DNA of 64,000 nt from an uncultured Gemmatimonadota bacterium (GTDB taxonomy: Bacteria; Gemmatimonadota; CAZMKB01; CAZNLH01). The stretch lies in contig CAZNLH010000005.1 in the NCBI GenBank assembly GCA_964573995.1, forward strand, positions 12,465 to 76,464, written 5' to 3'. Under the pieces are notes generated by a model that searched no databases, had not been told where the DNA came from, and was given only the letters and a program-made list of their open reading frames with translations. The translations under genes were made by a program, and so were the position numbers. Of this stretch, positions 57,967 through 64,000 are shown piece by piece. How positions within the stretch are numbered: position 1 is the stretch's first letter; each line of letters begins with the position of its first letter.

Positions 57967-59280
57967 TCATGAATTAAGCGTAGATCCCTGTTCATCGCCG
58001 GTATTATAGCGCCGCCCCCCTTCGACTACCACCCGGCCTCGCTTGATTACCGCTTCGCAATGGTTCTCCCCGAATATGTACGGGATTTCCCTGTAATCTT
58101 CAACATCGAAGATGGCCAGGTCTGCCAGTTTCCCCACCTCGATGGACCCCACGAGCGAGTCCATCCCTACCGCGCAGGCCGCATTGATCGTAGTTGCAGA
58201 CAAGGCCTCCACCGCGGTCATCCCCATATGAGTAACGGCGATCGTCATTATCTGCTGGAGGTTCAAAGTGGTGGAACTGCCGGGGTTGAAGTCGGTAGCC
58301 AGTGCCACCGGCACGCCACCGTCTATCAACCTCCTGGCCGGGGCGTAACGCCTCGATCCAAGGAAAAAGGTCGTACCTGGAAGGAGGACCGCGATGACAC
58401 CCCCCCTCGCCATGGACCGTATTCCCTCATCCGATACGTAAACCAGGTGATCTGCAGAGACCGCACCAGATTGAGCGGCCAGTTCGGCGGCCCCCATCGC
58501 GCTCAGTTCGTCCGCATGGACCCGTCCCTTGAGGCCGGCGGCGGTGGCGGCGCGGAGGATATCTTTCCCTTCATCCACGGAAAAATACCCCTCCTCCACG
58601 AAGACATCGCAATATTCCGCAAGGCCCTCCTCGGCGATCTTCGGTATCATCTCGCTTATAAGCACGTCCATGTAAGCCCTGTGGTCTCCGGTATATTCTG
58701 GTGGAAAGGCATGGGCGCCCAGGAAGGTGGGTACAACGTCTATCGGGTGGAGCCTGCCAAGCCTCTTTATTACCCTCAGGGACTTCAATTCGTCTTTGAG
58801 CGAGAGGCCGTAACCGCTCTTGGCCTCGATGGTAGACGCCCCGTGCAGGAGAAACCGGTCGAGACGGGGCAGTATACATCGGGCTAATTCCTCCTCCGAC
58901 GCGGCCCTTACCTCTCTGACGGAAGAGGCAATCCCGCCCCCAGCCCGGGCGATCTCCTGGTAACTCGCACCCCGGGATCGCATCTCATACTCCTCGAGCC
59001 TGAAACCCACGAACACTGGATGGGTGTGGGAATCAACGAGGCCGGGCAGCACCACCTTCCCCCGGCAATCCAGCACTTTCGTCCTGGGGCCTACCGTACA
59101 TCTCTCCCTCAGTTCCCCCTCCGAGCCAATGCCGGTGATACGGCCGCCCGAGACCGCAACGGAGCCTCCAGGTATAATGCCGAGTTCCCCCATTGCTCCA
59201 CCGGCCCTCGGCGCGCCCCCCGTGGCTACCGTTACGAGTTGAGAGGCCTCTTTCAGGTACAGGCTTGGAACGTCACTCAT
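57967..59280 (-). CDS. hutI: imidazolonepropionase (amidohydrolase superfamily)
   Basis: 437 aa. ..[13 protein letters not shown].. metal-binding HxH. Translationally coupled (8-nt overlap) to hutU. Confidence 0.75.
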   Translation of the reverse strand: MSDVPSLYLKEASQLVTVATGGAPRAGGAMGELGIIPGGSVAVSGGRITGIGSEGELRERCTVGPRTKVLDCRGKVVLPGLVDSHTHPVFVGFRLEEYEMRSRGASYQEIARAGGGIASSVREVRAASEEELARCILPRLDRFLLHGASTIEAKSGYGLSLKDELKSLRVIKRLGRLHPIDVVPTFLGAHAFPPEYTGDHRAYMDVLISEMIPKIAEEGLAEYCDVFVEEGYFSVDEGKDILRAATAAGLKGRVHADELSAMGAAELAAQSGAVSADHLVYVSDEGIRSMARGGVIAVLLPGTTFFLGSRRYAPARRLIDGGVPVALATDFNPGSSTTLNLQQIMTIAVTHMGMTAVEALSATTINAACAVGMDSLVGSIEVGKLADLAIFDVEDYREIPYIFGENHCEAVIKRGRVVVEGGRRYNTGDEQGSTLNS

Positions 59281-61039
59281 GGGTCATCGGTACCTTGATT
59301 CCCTTTTCCTCGGCGGTCCGCCTGGCCTCAGCGTACCCCGCGTCGACGTGACGCGCCACCCCGATCCCGGGATCGTTGGTGAGTACCCGGCGAAGCCGCT
59401 CCCCCCCATCGGCCGTCCCGTCGGCCACGGTCACCTGGCCGGCATGGAGGGAATAACCGATCCCCACCCCTCCACCATGGTGGAATGAGACCCACGAGGC
59501 CCCGCTCGCAACGTTCAGCATGGCGTTGAGGATGGGCCAGTCCGCGATCGCATCGCTGCCGTCCTTCATCCCCTCCGTCTCCCTGTTGGGCGATGCCACG
59601 GACCCGCAATCCAGGTGGTCCCTCCCGATGACGATCGGCGCCTTGAGGTCCCCCGAGCCCACGAGGCTGTTGATCCGCTCACCGAACCTCGCCCGGTCTC
59701 CATAGCCGAGCCAGCAGATCCGTGCAGGGAGCCCCTGGAAGGGCACGCGTTCACCGGCGAGCTGGATCCATCGAATCAGCGCCTCGTCTTCAGGAAATTC
59801 CTCTTCAATGACCTCGTCCGTCAGGGCGATGTCCGAGGCGTCTCCGGAGAGGGCGACCCACCTGAAGGGGCCCTTACCCTCGCAGAAGAGGGGGCGGATA
59901 TATTCGGGCACGAACCCTGGAATCCGGAACGCGTCCTTGACCCCCATAGCAAGGGCCTGTCCCCTGATATTGTTGCCGTAATCAAAGGCCACGGCGCCCA
60001 TCTCCTGAAGGTCGAGCATCGCCTGAAGGTGGACGGCGATCGATTCCAAGGACCTCTTTACATAGGTCTCCGGGTCCTCCACTCTCAGTTTCGCCGCCTC
60101 TCCCACGTCCAGTCCCCTGGGAACGTAGCCGTTCAGTTCATCGTGGGCGCTCGTCTGGTCCGTGAGGAGGTCTGGCACGGTACCTCTGCGGACAAGTTCC
60201 GGCAACACATCGGCACAGTTGCCGACCAGGCCAATCGAAAGGGCCTTACCATCCTTCTTCGCAGATAGGACCTGCCCAAGGGCGTCGTCAAGGTCATAAC
60301 TGATCCGATCGCAATAACCTGCCTTGACCCTTCGCTCTATCCTGGCGGGATCCACTTCCACGACCAGGCACGCCGCTCCGTTCATAGTGGCCGCGAGCGG
60401 CTGTGCGCCGCTCATCCCCCCCATTCCACCCGTCAGGAGAAATCTGCCCTTGAGGCTCCCACCGAAATGCCTCCTGGCGGCCGCCGAGAAGGTCTCGTAG
60501 GTCCCCTGCAGAATTCCTTGCGTGCCAATATAGATCCAACTGCCCGCTGTCATCTGACCGTACATGATCAACCCGAGGGCCTCGAGCCGGCGGAACTCGT
60601 CCCAATTCGCCCACTTGCCGACTAGGTTTGAATTCGCTATCAGGACCCTCGGCGCCATGGGCGTCGTCTCGAATACGCCGACCGGCTTGCCGGACTGGAC
60701 CAGTAGGGTCTCGTCATTGTCGAGTTCCCGGAGTGCCCTCACTATTGCATGGTAGCACTCCCAGTTCCGTGCCGCTTTCCCGGTCCCGCCATATATAATT
60801 AGGTTCTCGGCATCCTCCGCGACGTCCTCGTCGAGGTTGTTCATGAGCATCCTCATGGCAGCCTCCTGGTGCCAGCCCTTGCACGTGATACGCCCTCCCC
60901 GCGGCGCCTTCACCGGTTGATAAGCATTCTTATTCATTCTCTCCTCCTCCAGGTCCATCCGTCCCTCACTGGCCGCCACCGACCCCATCCGGGTGAATGG
61001 ACCCCGACCAACATTACCTGTATTTCGGTAGGCTCTCAC
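59273..61039 (-). CDS. hutU: urocanate hydratase
   Basis: Family-typical region ..[42 protein letters not shown]... Real start likely internal Met (~60937), giving ~555 aa. Confidence 0.85.
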   Translation of the reverse strand: MRAYRNTGNVGRGPFTRMGSVAASEGRMDLEEERMNKNAYQPVKAPRGGRITCKGWHQEAAMRMLMNNLDEDVAEDAENLIIYGGTGKAARNWECYHAIVRALRELDNDETLLVQSGKPVGVFETTPMAPRVLIANSNLVGKWANWDEFRRLEALGLIMYGQMTAGSWIYIGTQGILQGTYETFSAAARRHFGGSLKGRFLLTGGMGGMSGAQPLAATMNGAACLVVEVDPARIERRVKAGYCDRISYDLDDALGQVLSAKKDGKALSIGLVGNCADVLPELVRRGTVPDLLTDQTSAHDELNGYVPRGLDVGEAAKLRVEDPETYVKRSLESIAVHLQAMLDLQEMGAVAFDYGNNIRGQALAMGVKDAFRIPGFVPEYIRPLFCEGKGPFRWVALSGDASDIALTDEVIEEEFPEDEALIRWIQLAGERVPFQGLPARICWLGYGDRARFGERINSLVGSGDLKAPIVIGRDHLDCGSVASPNRETEGMKDGSDAIADWPILNAMLNVASGASWVSFHHGGGVGIGYSLHAGQVTVADGTADGGERLRRVLTNDPGIGVARHVDAGYAEARRTAEEKGIKVPMTHE

Positions 61040-61164
61040 ACAGCTCCATGATCTGATGATATCCTGCCTGCCACAAGAAGTTCAAGGGCTCCGACGGCCG
61101 AGACCGATCTTCAACCATCCGTTTTGATACCATGATGAACGGAAAGCCCTCCACGCAGTTGCGA

Positions 61165-63312
61165 TCATTCCGCCGCACCATCGAGGGCGTCCGGAACTAA
61201 CCTTTTAGCCCCCCGCCTGGCGGATTCGGCAGGTTCCGACCACCATCTCTTCAACGTGGGTATCCAGGACGAGGGATCACTCACCTCTATTGGAGCGACC
61301 GGCAGGTCGTCCGCAAACGCCTTTCCATACCTTTGCCTCAAGATACGGTTGTCCATGATCATGGCAATCCCCCGATCCCGGCCGCTTCGTATCAACCTCC
61401 CGAACCCCTGCCGGAACTTCATCACCGCGGTAGGGAGAAAAAACTCGACAAACGGATTGCCTCCCCTCTCCCTGATCCACTCGTCCATCGCCCGGGAATA
61501 AGGGTCCGAGGGGACTGAAAACGGCAGCCTCGTGAAGATAAGGACCTCGAGCGACTCGCCCCGTATATCGACCCCCTCCCAGAAACTGTCCGTTCCGAAG
61601 AGTACCGAACGCCTGTCTTCCCGGAAGACGCGAGTGATCTGCTCCCGACTCCCATCGATCCCCTGTCCCAGCACCCTGATCCCCTCCCCTGCCAGTTCAT
61701 CCCTTAGCCGACGGTAGCACTCCTCCAGGAGACTGTTCGACGTGAACAGGACGAGTGTGCCCCGATTTAACGATAAAATCGTATCGCGAAGGAGATCGGT
61801 CAATCTATCTGCGAAGAGGTCGTCCCGCGGGTCCGGCAGAAAAGAAGGGACCACGACCATCGCCTGTTCTTCGTAACAAAAGGGAGAGGGAAAGACTTGG
61901 GAAGGCCGTGATCGGTCATCCATCTCAGAGAGACCGGTAGACCTCAGGAAAAAGTCGAATCCCCCCATGACCCGCATGGTGGCCGAGGTGAAGATCCCGG
62001 TCCTCAATCCCGAAAAGAGAATTTCACGCAGTTGCGGTGCCACATCGATGGGCGCTGCATTTATGGAACCGGCCGAGATGCCACTCATCGCCGGCTTCTC
62101 TATCCAGTATACCATGGACCCGTCATCGGCGTCGATAAGTAACCGCAGGGTCTTTTCGGCCTCCCGCAATATCTCTATGTACCCTTCGTACTCGAGCATC
62201 TCATCACTCGAAGGCCCATCCTCCATCTCGCGCGCGGAATCATACATAAGATCAGTAAGTCCCTGAAGATCTCCGATCAAATGGTCCCCACTTTCGCGCA
62301 GGTCCCTCGCTATATCATCACCCCTGACATAACGGACGCGCCCCACAAAGCGCGATTCACCTTGATCAATGGAACCAGATCCGAAGGCAGGGGCGCCAAA
62401 AAACTCGTCGATCGTCTTTTCCATCCCTCTGCACCGCCGTCGGATCCCCTCTCTCGTCTCTCTCGTCATTCTCCCAGCAACGCTATCCTTCCGTCGCCCC
62501 CTCCCAAGGATCCCCGTGACTGCCCTCAAGTGCCTGATCAGGCCTCTCGGCTCTATCACCTCCCTCAACCCCTCCCTGGCTACACGGGCGAGGTCCTGGG
62601 TCTCATCGACTACAAGGTGGTCATACTCCCCCAGGACACCACCGTCCGCCACCTTGTCCGCGATCAGCAGGCTGTGATTCACAACGACGATATTGGCCGA
62701 TTGCGCCCTCCTGCGCGCGTTCTTGAAGTAACACCGACGGTAGTCCTCGCAGGCCGTATCGTTGCAGAAATAGGTATCGCAACGCAACGAGTTCCATAGT
62801 TCGCGATCTCTTCGCGCGTCGATCGGGGAAGAAGAGCCGAGGTCGCCCGTCCTGGTGCCGCGGACCCACTCCGCGAGTGCTTCAAGCCGGTCTTCTTTAT
62901 CACCCGGGATATCAAGGTGGCGCTGAGCGGCGTAATTCCGCCATCGTTTCAGGCACAGGTAATTCCCCTTGCCCTTGACGATGATGTACGTGAAAGGCAT
63001 GGGGAGGATGGAGGATAGGAGCGGCAGGTCCCTGCCGGTGATCTGTTCCTGGAGGTTCTTCGTGTGTGTGGATACGATAACGCGTTCTTTCGCCTCTATC
63101 GACCATAGTACCGAGGGAAGGAGGTAGGCCAGGGTCTTGCCGATTCCGGTGCCCGCCTCACAACAATAGAGCCCCCCGTTCTCGAAGGTCTCCATGATCG
63201 ACCGGGCCATGTCGAGTTGCGCCCCTCGGAATTCATAGCCCTCCAGGGCGCGGGCGAGCGCTCCGCCCTTTGCGAAGAACTCCTCTATGTAAGACATTCC
63301 CTTCAACTTCAT
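61165..63312 (-). CDS. dinG: DinG/Rad3-family ATP-dependent DNA helicase
   Basis: 715 aa. Motif I CCEAGTGIGKTLAYLLP. DEAH-like box VVDETQDL. Cys-rich region between motifs (..CLKRW..YFCNDTACEDYRRCYF..) suggests Fe-S domain. C-terminal helicase-C2. Confidence 0.8.
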   Translation of the reverse strand: MKLKGMSYIEEFFAKGGALARALEGYEFRGAQLDMARSIMETFENGGLYCCEAGTGIGKTLAYLLPSVLWSIEAKERVIVSTHTKNLQEQITGRDLPLLSSILPMPFTYIIVKGKGNYLCLKRWRNYAAQRHLDIPGDKEDRLEALAEWVRGTRTGDLGSSSPIDARRDRELWNSLRCDTYFCNDTACEDYRRCYFKNARRRAQSANIVVVNHSLLIADKVADGGVLGEYDHLVVDETQDLARVAREGLREVIEPRGLIRHLRAVTGILGRGRRKDSVAGRMTRETREGIRRRCRGMEKTIDEFFGAPAFGSGSIDQGESRFVGRVRYVRGDDIARDLRESGDHLIGDLQGLTDLMYDSAREMEDGPSSDEMLEYEGYIEILREAEKTLRLLIDADDGSMVYWIEKPAMSGISAGSINAAPIDVAPQLREILFSGLRTGIFTSATMRVMGGFDFFLRSTGLSEMDDRSRPSQVFPSPFCYEEQAMVVVPSFLPDPRDDLFADRLTDLLRDTILSLNRGTLVLFTSNSLLEECYRRLRDELAGEGIRVLGQGIDGSREQITRVFREDRRSVLFGTDSFWEGVDIRGESLEVLIFTRLPFSVPSDPYSRAMDEWIRERGGNPFVEFFLPTAVMKFRQGFGRLIRSGRDRGIAMIMDNRILRQRYGKAFADDLPVAPIEVSDPSSWIPTLKRWWSEPAESARRGAKRLVPDALDGAAE

Positions 63313-63403
63313 CGTGTCAGAGCGATGATAGGTGCAGGAAGGATGTCACCCCGCAGCGGCCTTCCACTCACAATCTCCCGGCGAGGCGAGTAAGCCGCTC
63401 TAA

Positions 63404-64000
63404 TCAATCTACCACCAACACCTTCGCGCCACGGATCTTCCGCATCTTTAGTTCGAGGAGCGCCCTGTTCGCATCTTCCAGCGCAAACTCCTGTACCTCG
63501 GGCCTGATCCCGGCCGCAGCCGCGCGCTCAAGGAACCCCCCGACATCCTCCCTGGTCACGTTCGCCACGCTCTTGACCTCTTTCTCCATCCAGAGATGGG
63601 CGGCGTAGTCGAGACCGAGAAGGCGGTCCTTGTCCACGTCTTCCTTTCGTATGGCGTTGATGACCAGCCTTCCCCCCGCCCTGAGATTCCTGAGACCCGC
63701 CAGTACCGGCATCCAGACGGGGGTCGTGTCGATTGCGCGGTCGAGAACGTCCGGCGGCTCCTCTTCAATGCCTCCGGACCAGACCGCGCCAAGATCGAGC
63801 GCGAAGCGTCTCTCCCTCTCGCTGCGCGCGAAGGCGAACACCTTCACCTTCGGATAATCGTGAATCACAAGTTTCAGGACTATGTGCGCCGAGGCCCCGA
63901 AGCCTATCAGGCCCAGGTTGTCGCCGTCTTGGAGCCCCGCCAGGCGCAACGAACGATAACCTATCGCGCCCGCGCAGAGGAGCGGTGCGGCCTCCGAATC
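63404..64000 (-). CDS. 3' portion of a medium-chain dehydrogenase/reductase (quinone-oxidoreductase-like); 5' end lies beyond the window
   Basis: Frame open to the window edge. ..LGLIGFGASAHIVLKLV.. nucleotide-binding motif and MDR C-terminal layout. Confidence 0.5.
   Translation of the reverse strand, partial: DSEAAPLLCAGAIGYRSLRLAGLQDGDNLGLIGFGASAHIVLKLVIHDYPKVKVFAFARSERERRFALDLGAVWSGGIEEEPPDVLDRAIDTTPVWMPVLAGLRNLRAGGRLVINAIRKEDVDKDRLLGLDYAAHLWMEKEVKSVANVTREDVGGFLERAAAAGIRPEVQEFALEDANRALLELKMRKIRGAKVLVVD

Noticed and set aside
1-64000. CRISPR arrays, IS elements, integrases, tRNA/rRNA genes
   Set aside because: No regularly spaced direct repeats, no transposase- or integrase-like ORFs, and no tRNA- or rRNA-like sequences were seen in any intergenic region.

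Overview
High-GC (~58-60%) chromosomal segment from a diderm (Gram-negative-type) bacterium. The phylum cannot be assigned from sequence alone. About 42 kb of it (9045-51440) is one co-directional minus-strand gene array. Main content: (i) a wecB/DUF354 pair, M1 aminopeptidase pepN and a RidA gene. (ii) A ~3.5 kb lower-GC island (about 5390-8970) with a RidA gene, a secreted outer-membrane-like protein and an orphan alpha-helical protein, flanked by AT-rich DNA. (iii) Housekeeping genes: secA, nadD, bamD and TPR lipoproteins. (iv) A ~26 kb unidirectional polysaccharide (EPS/capsule-type) locus at 15708-41652. It contains a Wza/EpsE-like exporter and a Wzc-type tyrosine autokinase. It contains a Wzx flippase and a Wzy-like polymerase. 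It contains five glycosyltransferases, two methyltransferases, a FemAB-like plus polysaccharide-deacetylase-like pair, a partial heptose module (gmhA, hddA, SDR epimerase with a Cys/His insertion), a Wzi-like OMP, a WbpB/E/D-like module and a WbaP-type initiating transferase. An archaeal-type fructose-1,6-bisphosphate aldolase/phosphatase gene is embedded between wzc and wzx. (v) lolA, ftsK, then an aroB-TPR/HhH-aroQ-efp-accB-pilT-accC string in which a PilT-family ATPase sits between accB and accC. (vi) An Rrf2 regulator plus ppiD, a GNAT gene, a PEBP lipoprotein, tatA, ispB, hutU-hutI, a DinG-family helicase and a partial Zn-dehydrogenase at the window edge. No rRNA, tRNA, CRISPR array, transposase or integrase was recognised. 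The items I consider most worth follow-up are the accB-pilT-accC fusion operon, the FBP aldolase/phosphatase inside the EPS operon, the low-GC island with an orphan protein carrying a C-terminal Rx4H motif, and the PEP-CTERM-type marker pair without a visible exosortase.
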